Made by a program: the position numbers and the translations under genes. DNA of 64,000 nucleotides, taken from NCBI GenBank assembly GCA_009859145.1, contig VRVR01000016.1, positions 7,780 to 71,779 of the forward strand, in the 5' to 3' direction. This DNA is from Andalucia godoyi And28. Taxonomy: Eukaryota; Protista; Jakobida. Position 1 is the first letter of the stretch. Each line of letters starts with the position of its first letter. The notes under the pieces were generated by a model. The model did no database searches. It saw nothing but the letters and a program-made list of their open reading frames with translations, and had not been told where the DNA came from. Below are positions 40,319-50,120 of the stretch, piece by piece.

Positions 40319-43300
40319 ATGAGTGCAGGAAATCCAGCCGTGACGCTGTCCCTCGCCAGGTCACTGTCTTCAGCTTCTCTTCTCTTGCATCCGCTTCCGT
40401 CACACTCAGCAATCCCAAAGAAGGATCTTGACACAGGCAGGAAGAAGAATCATGGATCGCAGCAGCAGCAACAGTCGCTGCCCACAACAGCATTTGTACA
40501 TTCTAACCCTATAATTCCCATGGAGACGCTTTTGAAATCGAGGGAATCAGCTTCGCGCGCGCTGCAGTTGTATTTGAGCCATCTTCCAACCCCTCTGCAA
40601 ATTGCAAATGCGCAGAATAAGGAGCAACGGAAGTATCTGTCTTCGCTCTTCCAGGAAGTGGCAGTCGTTCTTCATCACTGCTTGTATCTCACGGAGCGTA
40701 CGCTTACCGAAGGCATGATCCCCGATGTGATCGCTTGGGTGCCGGTGCTGAGTGCTCATGATAGCCGGCTCTTGTTTACCGCTCCCTTTCTAACGTATAA
40801 GCTGTATTCCAAAGCTGCGATGATGCTGCGAAAGCCTTCTCCACAGCTGCATTCCTCGATCGCTAGTCCGAAAGCAACAAACGCGGTGCAGGATTCGTCG
40901 GCTTCGGATGCTGCAGGAGAGCAGGATCACAGGGAATCCGCAGAATGGGAGACATGTGCCCAGTTTGTGGCGGAAATCCATCAACGAGCAGTGTCTGCTT
41001 ACGCAATGCGATCAAAAGGAATGCGTTTAGGAGGAATTGGCGGCCTGCCGACTGGTGCGCCGCCGCTGCCGTCGTCGTCGCATTTATATGACGGATGGGC
41101 GGCTCTGGGAGCCATTTTGACAGCCACGGCGCATCTGCACATGAGCAGAATGCTACTCTCCATGAAGGGTGTGTCAGCGGCTAGTGGTGCCGGCAGCGAA
41201 CGAGCAGAAGATGGCTTGCGACATGCACAAACGGCTGAAAAACTTGTCTCCATGAATGTGGATATGCCACTGGAGTTCCCGTGGGAAAGCGTATGCAGAC
41301 AACTGGATCTGACGAACATTCGCGAATTTTGCCAAATGGTAGTTTCTGATGCCAACAAGGCAGTTGAAAGGAAGAGAAAAATGGATTTCAGAGAAAAGCA
41401 GAGGAAGGACGACATGAAAAGAGTATGGGAGAGCGAACATTCGGACGCTGAAAGCGATGGATACGTCACTGTGGAGGAGTACGACGTGCTTCTCGGAAGC
41501 TCGCTGTCTTTGGATGCGAGCTCATCGTCTACGCAGCCGCGGGTCGCGTTTGCAGATGCACAGCACGAAAGAGCCCTTCCGCGGAATGCGAAAGTTGCTC
41601 GTGGAAGCAATAGTAGCAATGGTTCCAAGAATGGCAAACCAAGACCGCCCCTCAGAAAGCAGATCCGCAATGCAAAGCTCTCTCCTGTGCAGTCCAGAAA
41701 ATCGCCGCCTCGGAACTCCATGATCTTTCCGCGCACAGTTTCGCCGTCGCCGTTCCCATCTTCTGTGCAAAGCGCGGATCGCCACCCAGACACGCATGCC
41801 GATGATGAATCCAAAATATCGGTCTCCACTGCATTCGCGTCTAACCTTCATGCACTCCTCTGTGTGCGAAATGACTCAGTCTCAGATAAGCGAAAATCGA
41901 AGCGCCCCAAGACTGGAAACTCCTCTCTGCGATCAGACTTCCTTGTGTTGAGACCCGGTTCGAGCAGCAAGACCCGCACTCGCCTGGAGAAAGCGCTTGC
42001 GTATTCCCAAGTCCCGATGTCCTCCTCCTCCTCTTCTCTGTCGGAAGGAGACTCGCCATCGTCATCACCGTCAATGACGCGCTCCCACTCTTCCACGTCT
42101 GTGCGGAGCTGGAACGCGATGCTGTCTTCCCCGTCCTCCTCTCCGCCAAAGATATTCTCCTCCGACCTGTCTCGTACTCGATCTCGATCCCGCACAAGCG
42201 TCGATTCTCAGTCTCCAACGAGTCCGCGGCCTCGCGGATCTGCTGGCACTGCAGGCTCGGCCCGCAGCTCAGCTAGTGCTCGCAAGCCCACAGCTCTTCA
42301 GTCTGTTTTCTCTCCGCGCAAGAAAACAGCTGCCAAGCCCAAGGAGCCCAAAGAAAACCCTCTTGTGGCTGCGCAGCGGACTGCGGCGGCGGTGGTGATA
42401 CAGAGTACGTACAAACAGTTTGTTCAACGACGGAAGTTTGCAAAATGTGTGGTGTCGATCGGAAAAATTTCCAGATGGTTCAGGGGCATTCGAGAGCGCA
42501 TGCGAGTCAAGTCTGCGCGCGTGCTGCTCAGGGCAATGACGACATTGCATGTTCGTCTGCGCTTTATCCGCATCCGTAGATCGACGGTCAGAATTCAGCG
42601 TTGGTATCGCGGAAATGTGGCGAACCGCGAGCTTCGCATGTGCCGATCACTTGTGGTTGACAGCATTCTGCCCGGTGCCATTGCGCATTCCTTGCATCGT
42701 TCCATTTCCGCAGTCAAGATTCAGTCTGCTTACCATTCCTATGCATCCTACAAACGCGAGTTTGCTGCACTTTCCATCCAATCAGCATTCCGGTACTATC
42801 GATCGAGATTGGCCCGGGCAGCGATTCGAATTCAGAGAGCATACAAGGCGTTTATAGCGAGACGTACTCGAAAGGCGATTCTGATCCAGAGAACATATCG
42901 TGATTATCGACGTCGGTTGGCTGCATATGCCGTTATTCTCCGTGCCGTTTGGCATTATTTGAACAGAAAGCGCGCAGGGCGTGCACTGTCTGCGCTTCTG
43001 ATCCAGCGCATTGGGCGAGGATACCTGGCTCGAAAGTTGGTCAAACGACGTCGGTTGGAGAGAGACTCCGCCGTGAAAATCCAGTCCATTGTCCGTGGAC
43101 GACTGGCGCGGAAGCTCTTTCATGAGCTGCAGGCTGCGGAATTGAGGAACTCTTCCGCATTGTCCATTCAGTGTTGCTTCCGGTCCTCTTGTGCTCGACA
43201 GGAGTTGTCGCGACGACGGTTGCAGAAGACGCAGACTGACGCTGCTCTTTGCATCCAAACGGAGTTCCGGAGATTTTCGAGCCAGCAGTTGCTCGCAAGG

Positions 43301-46300
43301 CTACGTTTAGAGAAGCGGCGGCATGTCGCTGCCATCAAGGTAGAGTGTGCTGTTCGGTGCTACCTTGCCTACCTGAAACTGCAGTCGCTGAAGAGACTGC
43401 GAATCCGTACAAGAGCTGCAATACTGGTTCAGTGCGTCTGGAGGTTTTTCCGAACAAAGAGCGCCGTTTCGCTTGTCCAACGCGTTTTCCGTGGATACTT
43501 GGTTCGGAAATCGGATCTGATTTCGAGCATGCGATCGGCAAATGACCTTCGCCGGATGTCTGCAGGAAGAATCCAGAGGTTATGGAGAGGCTACGCTGTT
43601 CGAAGGTTCAGCGTACCGGCCGCCAAAATTGAAGCCGCATATTTATTATATCGCAGCCGTCTTTTAAGACGCGAAGCGGCGTTGGTCATCCAAAGGTGGT
43701 GGAGGTTCCGCTGGAGCTTGTCTGTCGTGCTTCCGCAGTCTGCTGTTTGCATCCAACGGTGGTGGAGAATCGTGCACAGGAAGATTGCCACAGCCATTAT
43801 CCAGAGAATTTGGCGAGGATATGCGTGTCGAGTGCAAAGTGCCAAGCGGCAGTCATCGGCACTCCTTATTCAGCAAGCTTGGCAGTATCATCTTGGTATT
43901 CGTCCCTTTATGACCCAGAATGCAACATCCGTTGTGGAGCGGTACGCGAGACGATTTGTTGTTCGTCGTCAGCTGAGAAAGCTGCGCAGAGCAGCGGTTC
44001 TGTTGCAAGCGGTTTGGAGGTTTCGCCGTCTGCGATTTGCTGCCAATCGCATTCAATCGTGGAGTCGTGTGTACGTCCCACGAGCGCAGCAGCGTCGCCT
44101 GAAAGCTGTCCGGTGCATTCAGAAGTTTTACAGAAATCTTTGTGAAAGGCTTCGGAAGCGGAAAACCGCAGCAATGCTCATCTGCCGAAACATGAGGTCG
44201 TTCACTCGGCAACTCGATCTGCAGCGACGAAACTCGGCGTTTGTTCTCCGACTGCTGGCGCTTGAGCGTTTGATGTACACGACAGCCGTGCGCTCCATAG
44301 CTGCCAGAGTCTTGTCAGCTGCGCTTGGAAGGCATTTGTCGAACAAGACACGTTGCGAAAATGCATTTTTGAGGCAGATTGTGTACCGACGTCGATGCGC
44401 CGCAATTGAAATGCAGCGGTCTTGGCGGTGTTTTGATTTTCAGCGAGCGATTCTCAGGAAACTGCGTGCTGCTGTTTTCCGAGCCTGGCGTGACCAGGCG
44501 AACACGCAGATTGCAGACCGTCGCCTTCGTTCTGCTGTTGGGATCCAACGTTCGTGGCGGTGCTTTTCTTTCCAGTGTGCTCGTGCAAAGAAATCGCTGC
44601 GTACCAACTTTGAAGCGTGGCATCAGCAATTCAGAGATTTGCATATTCAGCGAGTTCTATTGTTCACCGAAGACAAGCTGTGGTACAACCATGTGTTCCT
44701 TGTTTCCGTGCGGAAGATCCAAAAGGTATTTCGTCAGTATCGGTTTAACCGGTCCAATTCGTTCATGTCTTCCGTCATCCGCATCCAGTCCTCATTCCGC
44801 ATGTATGCTGCTCGCGCGCGATTCCAGCGGATCCGCAAAGGGTTTGTTGCCTTCCAGGTGCTTTATGGTTCTTATGTGCGGAGACAGGCTTCGTCGGTGA
44901 GAATTCAGTCTGCTGTCCGCGGCATGCTGTGTCGTCGACGAAAGCAAAAGATTCTACGAGGGTTTTATCACTTGCAAGCGATCGTCAAGTTGTACGTGCG
45001 TCGCAAGCATGCTGCAGTGAAAATACAGCGTTGGTACCAGACTCTGTGCACCAGATCAGCGTTTGTCCATCGGCTGATACATCAATCCGCAAGCCGTGTG
45101 TTCGAGCGGGTGAAAGCAGGTGTTATCATTTCGCGGTTTGTTGACGTATTCTATCCTATATACACTTCCCGTTGCATCCGAAACAGTGCGTATCGCATTT
45201 GGCATCTGTTCGTCGGATGGAAAACAAGACGCAATCTCAAGACGCAGCATCGTGCAGCACGTCGAATTCAGGCTCTGGTGCGGCGTGTCTGGTTTGGCCG
45301 ACAAGTTCGGCTGATGCAAAGCTTGGTTCGAGGATTCCTTACACGATCGAGGTTGAGACAGTCTCAAGAGGCCGCATGGCGTTTGCAGTATCGCTCTCGC
45401 GCATTCCTTGCGCATCTGGCCACGCAACATCTGCTGCAGAATGCTTTTTATGCTATCTACAGTTTGCAGAAAGTTGCCAAGAGACGCCTTGCCATGCGTC
45501 GGTACGAACAACTGCAGACGATTGTCGTCAGCGTGCAGAGGTCTTTCCGAGGATATTTGAATTTTCTTGAGAGACGGCTGGAGAGTGCAGAGAGCCTCGT
45601 CAAGAGGTGGCATTCGTCTGTAGCTATTCAAAGAATGTGGAGGGGGTACTGCGGCAGAGCATGTATCGGTCGCATGTATGACTCGGCCATCAACATTCAG
45701 CGAGTTTACCGTGGTTATCTAGGAAGACTGATGTTCCGTCATCAGCTCTACCTGGCGACTCCGGCGTATGTTGAGGACCAGATTGCCCTGCTTTCTGCTC
45801 GAGAGCAGTACTCCAAGATGAACAGAGCAGCTGCCGTCATTCAGCACTGTTGGTTCCGCCATCTAGCCTCCAAGGTTTCTGCATTGATAGTTGCAAAGCC
45901 TTTCGTGATGACGACCAAGATGATCGCTGCAAGCCAGGAAACAGCAGCGACGCGGCGTGTGCAGCGCATCCGTGCTGCCACCAAGATCCAGCAATGGTTT
46001 GTTTACCGGGTGTTGTTTATGAGAGCGTACAAGATGTTGGTTGTCTCGACAATTCACCGAGTCGAAAAGGACGAATGGAACAACTCCATTAATCTGCATT
46101 TCCACGAAGGCATATATTGCAGCGATCAGGAACTGTCAAGATTTCTCTGGGTCTGCTATTTCTCTGCAGTGAGGCTGAATTTAATTCGTCCTTCGGATTC
46201 TAGTCCGATGGCGCAACGCATCTTGAGTTCACGGATTGCGAATCGACGCAAGTTGATCGAAGAGGAAATGGATTTGCTGATCCGAGTTTCGGACAAGCGA

Positions 46301-47899
46301 CCCCTTTCTGGAATGGGACCGCGATCTCCACGATCCCCGAGATCTCCCCGGTCTCCCCAATCACGGTCTCTCTTCGTTCGCCCGACTTCTGCCCCTTTTG
46401 CCCATGCAGAGATTGCAAAAGATCTTCGTCGGGAATCGCTAGATCGCATTTCTCCTGTGGTTTCCGAAGACCTGCCGAACTTTGACATCGTAGATGGCAT
46501 TCTGCAGTCCAGGCGTCTCTTCCCTCCTTTCGTTCTTTTTGTCCGAAAGATGCTGCATCTCCGATTCTTCATGCGAGAAGAGTCTGTCCAAGCAGGAACT
46601 ACGCTGGCAGTTTCTCGTTCTTCGGAAGAAGAGTTCGAGTATGTGCCCTCCGAATCGGATCTATATTCCAACGATGGAGAGGTGACTGAAGACGATGGTG
46701 CGTCCGTACACAATTCTGTCGTGGACATCTCCGGAGAAGCTGCACCCGATCAGCTTGTCCAGACATCCCTGTCCAAGAGAAATGTTCCCATCTCGTTTTC
46801 CTCGGCTTCCTGGAATAGCATCATGCAGCTGCCATCGGCGTCATCGATGGAAGCGGCGTCTTCTAATGCAAGGCTGTCGCAGACATCAACGGACGATGCT
46901 CCTCATTCTTCGGACGCAGTTTCACAGTCTGCCTCTGCGACTCGGCTGAGAGACGTCATTTCGTCTGTTGTGAAAGAAACACACGCCAAGCATGTTGTCA
47001 AGCTCACGTTGGACGAATGGAAAGAGCAGGTTCGTCAACGGAGAGAGCACCTGAAGGCTGTTCCCAAAAGTGAAATCCAGCAGCGGTACATGTCCTGGAG
47101 AGCACAGGCCTCTTCCTCCGCAGCAAGTCGGTCTGCGGAATCACCTCGCGTGTTCACGCCCCGCTCGGGCACCACCGACCTGCGACCTGCCTCGGGTAGT
47201 ACTGAGACGCCTCGCTACGAATATGCACTCTCTCCGCAATTCCTTGCGGATTTCCCGAATCCCAACCCGAACTTCCTTTACAGCCCCGCCGAAAATGTTG
47301 ATGCTGATGTTGAATTCGATGCCCTGCGAACCCAGTTTGAAGATGCGTCGAGCGTTCTGGAGAAACTAGTACATCCACGTCGTCCATCTGCCCAGAAGCA
47401 CTTGTCGAAGCCAATGGCATTGAACATCCGCCCCACACTATCCAGCGGAGCCAACTTTCGAAAACGAGTGTATGGCTCAACCAAGGAGCTGGGAGCCCGT
47501 GCAGACGCGCCGCCTTCTGCTGCCTACGCCTCGTCGTCGTCGTCGTCATCATCATCATCTTCTTCTTCTTCTTCTTTGGACCTGAGCAGAGTTGCGTACA
47601 GGACCACGTCTCCTGGCGCTCGCCGTCCTAGTTCTCGAGAGCGACTGTCTCCGCAGCACGGCTTACCTCCTCGGCCTCCTTCGCGATCCCGTCCCATTTC
47701 TGCGTCTTCCAGACCCTCTTCTGCGAGAATTGGATCCCGACCAGGCTCGGCTTCGTCCAATCGATCCCTCTCCCGACCTCAAAGCGCAATGCGTCTCGAG
47801 CCGTCTGCGACCCCGGAGCCAGAAGATGAGATCGGTGAATGGTCCGACTTCACAAGCGAGGAGGAGCGTTCGTGGCTTGTGTCGTCTGTCGTCCGGTAG
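40319..47899 (+). CDS. Giant IQ-motif repeat protein
   Basis: ~2.5-kaa uninterrupted ORF with more than 30 IQ-like motifs (e.g. LIQRIGRGYLARK, KIQSIVRGRLARK) at ~42390-46010 between Ser-rich disordered regions. Confidence 0.85.
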   Translation: MSAGNPAVTLSLARSLSSASLLLHPLPSHSAIPKKDLDTGRKKNHGSQQQQQSLPTTAFVHSNPIIPMETLLKSRESASRALQLYLSHLPTPLQIANAQNKEQRKYLSSLFQEVAVVLHHCLYLTERTLTEGMIPDVIAWVPVLSAHDSRLLFTAPFLTYKLYSKAAMMLRKPSPQLHSSIASPKATNAVQDSSASDAAGEQDHRESAEWETCAQFVAEIHQRAVSAYAMRSKGMRLGGIGGLPTGAPPLPSSSHLYDGWAALGAILTATAHLHMSRMLLSMKGVSAASGAGSERAEDGLRHAQTAEKLVSMNVDMPLEFPWESVCRQLDLTNIREFCQMVVSDANKAVERKRKMDFREKQRKDDMKRVWESEHSDAESDGYVTVEEYDVLLGSSLSLDASSSSTQPRVAFADAQHERALPRNAKVARGSNSSNGSKNGKPRPPLRKQIRNAKLSPVQSRKSPPRNSMIFPRTVSPSPFPSSVQSADRHPDTHADDESKISVSTAFASNLHALLCVRNDSVSDKRKSKRPKTGNSSLRSDFLVLRPGSSSKTRTRLEKALAYSQVPMSSSSSSLSEGDSPSSSPSMTRSHSSTSVRSWNAMLSSPSSSPPKIFSSDLSRTRSRSRTSVDSQSPTSPRPRGSAGTAGSARSSASARKPTALQSVFSPRKKTAAKPKEPKENPLVAAQRTAAAVVIQSTYKQFVQRRKFAKCVVSIGKISRWFRGIRERMRVKSARVLLRAMTTLHVRLRFIRIRRSTVRIQRWYRGNVANRELRMCRSLVVDSILPGAIAHSLHRSISAVKIQSAYHSYASYKREFAALSIQSAFRYYRSRLARAAIRIQRAYKAFIARRTRKAILIQRTYRDYRRRLAAYAVILRAVWHYLNRKRAGRALSALLIQRIGRGYLARKLVKRRRLERDSAVKIQSIVRGRLARKLFHELQAAELRNSSALSIQCCFRSSCARQELSRRRLQKTQTDAALCIQTEFRRFSSQQLLARLRLEKRRHVAAIKVECAVRCYLAYLKLQSLKRLRIRTRAAILVQCVWRFFRTKSAVSLVQRVFRGYLVRKSDLISSMRSANDLRRMSAGRIQRLWRGYAVRRFSVPAAKIEAAYLLYRSRLLRREAALVIQRWWRFRWSLSVVLPQSAVCIQRWWRIVHRKIATAIIQRIWRGYACRVQSAKRQSSALLIQQAWQYHLGIRPFMTQNATSVVERYARRFVVRRQLRKLRRAAVLLQAVWRFRRLRFAANRIQSWSRVYVPRAQQRRLKAVRCIQKFYRNLCERLRKRKTAAMLICRNMRSFTRQLDLQRRNSAFVLRLLALERLMYTTAVRSIAARVLSAALGRHLSNKTRCENAFLRQIVYRRRCAAIEMQRSWRCFDFQRAILRKLRAAVFRAWRDQANTQIADRRLRSAVGIQRSWRCFSFQCARAKKSLRTNFEAWHQQFRDLHIQRVLLFTEDKLWYNHVFLVSVRKIQKVFRQYRFNRSNSFMSSVIRIQSSFRMYAARARFQRIRKGFVAFQVLYGSYVRRQASSVRIQSAVRGMLCRRRKQKILRGFYHLQAIVKLYVRRKHAAVKIQRWYQTLCTRSAFVHRLIHQSASRVFERVKAGVIISRFVDVFYPIYTSRCIRNSAYRIWHLFVGWKTRRNLKTQHRAARRIQALVRRVWFGRQVRLMQSLVRGFLTRSRLRQSQEAAWRLQYRSRAFLAHLATQHLLQNAFYAIYSLQKVAKRRLAMRRYEQLQTIVVSVQRSFRGYLNFLERRLESAESLVKRWHSSVAIQRMWRGYCGRACIGRMYDSAINIQRVYRGYLGRLMFRHQLYLATPAYVEDQIALLSAREQYSKMNRAAAVIQHCWFRHLASKVSALIVAKPFVMTTKMIAASQETAATRRVQRIRAATKIQQWFVYRVLFMRAYKMLVVSTIHRVEKDEWNNSINLHFHEGIYCSDQELSRFLWVCYFSAVRLNLIRPSDSSPMAQRILSSRIANRRKLIEEEMDLLIRVSDKRPLSGMGPRSPRSPRSPRSPQSRSLFVRPTSAPFAHAEIAKDLRRESLDRISPVVSEDLPNFDIVDGILQSRRLFPPFVLFVRKMLHLRFFMREESVQAGTTLAVSRSSEEEFEYVPSESDLYSNDGEVTEDDGASVHNSVVDISGEAAPDQLVQTSLSKRNVPISFSSASWNSIMQLPSASSMEAASSNARLSQTSTDDAPHSSDAVSQSASATRLRDVISSVVKETHAKHVVKLTLDEWKEQVRQRREHLKAVPKSEIQQRYMSWRAQASSSAASRSAESPRVFTPRSGTTDLRPASGSTETPRYEYALSPQFLADFPNPNPNFLYSPAENVDADVEFDALRTQFEDASSVLEKLVHPRRPSAQKHLSKPMALNIRPTLSSGANFRKRVYGSTKELGARADAPPSAAYASSSSSSSSSSSSSSSLDLSRVAYRTTSPGARRPSSRERLSPQHGLPPRPPSRSRPISASSRPSSARIGSRPGSASSNRSLSRPQSAMRLEPSATPEPEDEIGEWSDFTSEEERSWLVSSVVR

Positions 47900-48305
47900 T
47901 AGTCATTTGCGCCACCCCTCTCTTCCGCGTGCTTTCTCATTAAATTAAATTTTAAAAAAAACGTTTTCTTTTTTTATATAATCATCGCGTCCGTCCTTTT
48001 GCCGTGTGTAGCGTGCTGCGCTTCGGGCGCCTGCATTGTACGTTGATGCATGACGATGCTCGCTGTTCCGTCCCCATCGGCATCAATTGATCCCGGTTCC
48101 TCTCTCCTATTCATCATTTCTCCCAGAATCATCGAGCTGGACTTCGGCAGCGATTTTGCATCTTTCGGGTCTTCTTCTGTTTGCCATGCAGAACATTGGA
48201 GGAGGGGCGGCTATCGTCTCTTGGTCTTGGTGTTTTCAAACAACAAAAACAACCAAATAAAATTGATTTAGCTTGCGGTGCACAGTTCATATTAGCGTGG
48301 ATACG

Positions 48306-49919
48306 ATGCATCGGCATCTGATCCAGCGTTTGCGTTCGTGTGTGCATTGCAGAGAATCCGGTTCCTTTGTTCTTCGATTGTATCGTTCATATTCCAGCGT
48401 CGCTGCGGATTCGACGTCTGATTCGCACCATGCGGCGGTGGTAGTGGCATCCGAGTCCAGTCCAAGAAGGGATCCGTCTGCCAAGAATGCAAGTGAGACG
48501 CAAACAACAAGTTCATCATTCAGCACGCACACTGATAGCACTCGTCAGCAGACCGAGAGTCAGAGGCAAGGTGCCTATGGTGGCGGACATGGCGTCCACT
48601 CTCGTTCGCGAGGCGGTCCTAGAAAGGACAAGATGTCGTCTTCTGGGAAACTGTCGATTTCTCTGGATGGACTGTTTGAACCCGTTCGAGGATTCCGTAA
48701 TGTATATGCAGCCGACCATTTTTCATACGCGTCGACGCTGTGCGAGACCGTTCCTCCCGAGTACGCATCGATTGAGCGTGCTGCGGCCGCGGCTGCGATT
48801 CGCGAGCCAGGGAGAGACATGTACAAACGAGGCGCATCCAGGATTGTCTTGTCTCCAGAAACCGGAGCGGTTTCCCCTCCACCTCTTATCGAAAACATGT
48901 ATGATCCACCAAGGTTGCTGACATCATTTTCAACTTTGGAGACGGGATCTATTGCACAGCCGGGGACTCTGTCGCTGTTTCGTTCGCCTTCCGTTCCGTT
49001 TAATTCTCTGGAAATGCTGCACTCAGAAGAACTGGCGCTGTTGATGCCACTACCCCCTTTCAACGGGGCCCCTCCAAAGAAGTTTTTGTCGCAAGACCGT
49101 CCTGCGCATGAGGATTTGGACCACATGCTTGCGACACTTCGAAACGTGAACCGTCTGTCGGAGTCACTGACGGTTCTCAGGCCACGTTTCATCACGTTTC
49201 GCAAAGTCCTGTCGCGCTTCCTTTCCTTGGGATTTGACTGGAGGGAGAGCATACGATTTCGCATCCATCGATTGCATGACTGTTTGTACATGGATTGTGT
49301 GTCGCACACATCCGAACTGGAGAGAGACCACTTGTACCACAAAGTAGCGAAAGCATTCGAAGCCGCCTGTACTGGAGTTTCATATTCCACGGCGCAGAAC
49401 ACTTCGTTTGCTGCAATTTTTGCCACGCGTCTTGCGGGACACGCGGGACTCATGGCCGCCGAGGTGGACTGTGTCGACGCAGGAGGCTATTTCCGAGAAT
49501 TGAAAACTGCGGTGCCGTTCCATGCGATCAGCAACAGCACTGCTGCGTTTAAGTGGATCCGCACGTGGGCACAATCGTTTCTCGTTGGGACACCACGGGT
49601 GACATATGGTTTTCGATCTCGGGAAGCTCCTGCAACGATATCCGATGTCAAGACGTATGATGTCGCGAGAATTCCGGATATTTGTGCAGATTACTGGACC
49701 CCGGCCTCTGTGCTGTCATTTTCGGCTCGTTTGTTGGGCGTCTTGCTGGATGAGACGGAAGAAGGCGCGCAGTACATCGTGGATGTTTCCGGCGAAAAAA
49801 ACTCGCTCGAGATAGAAATGCTGCCGATTGCGACGCCCTCATTTTTACCGACATGGTATGTGCGATTTTTGCAACAAAGGATGGGGTATCCTCTGCCAGA
49901 TGCTCTTAATTATGGATGA
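48306..49919 (+). CDS. DXO: DXO/RAI1-family decapping exonuclease
   Basis: FITFRKVLSR, AAEVDCVD, RELKT and KWIRTWAQSFLVG...YGFR (PD-(D/E)XK core). Confidence 0.88.
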   Translation: MHRHLIQRLRSCVHCRESGSFVLRLYRSYSSVAADSTSDSHHAAVVVASESSPRRDPSAKNASETQTTSSSFSTHTDSTRQQTESQRQGAYGGGHGVHSRSRGGPRKDKMSSSGKLSISLDGLFEPVRGFRNVYAADHFSYASTLCETVPPEYASIERAAAAAAIREPGRDMYKRGASRIVLSPETGAVSPPPLIENMYDPPRLLTSFSTLETGSIAQPGTLSLFRSPSVPFNSLEMLHSEELALLMPLPPFNGAPPKKFLSQDRPAHEDLDHMLATLRNVNRLSESLTVLRPRFITFRKVLSRFLSLGFDWRESIRFRIHRLHDCLYMDCVSHTSELERDHLYHKVAKAFEAACTGVSYSTAQNTSFAAIFATRLAGHAGLMAAEVDCVDAGGYFRELKTAVPFHAISNSTAAFKWIRTWAQSFLVGTPRVTYGFRSREAPATISDVKTYDVARIPDICADYWTPASVLSFSARLLGVLLDETEEGAQYIVDVSGEKNSLEIEMLPIATPSFLPTWYVRFLQQRMGYPLPDALNYG

Positions 49920-49965
49920 AAAGAAGGAGGCGATGAGTAGGGGAAGAGGGGAATTCTTCTTCTTC

Positions 49966-50040
49966 TATTATTATTATCATCATCGCCATTATTATTATGA
50001 TTGTGATTGTTATTGTTGCTGTTATTGTTATTGTTATTGT
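49966..50040. repeat. (TAT/CAT/TGT)n low-complexity triplet tract
   Basis: Direct reading, between convergent genes. Confidence 0.85.
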
Positions 50041-50120
50041 AACTCCTGGTATGATATCTCTAGTAGATCAAACATCTTTTTAGACAATTACCGAATGATG
50101 CCTTGTATGCTCGACGCAAG

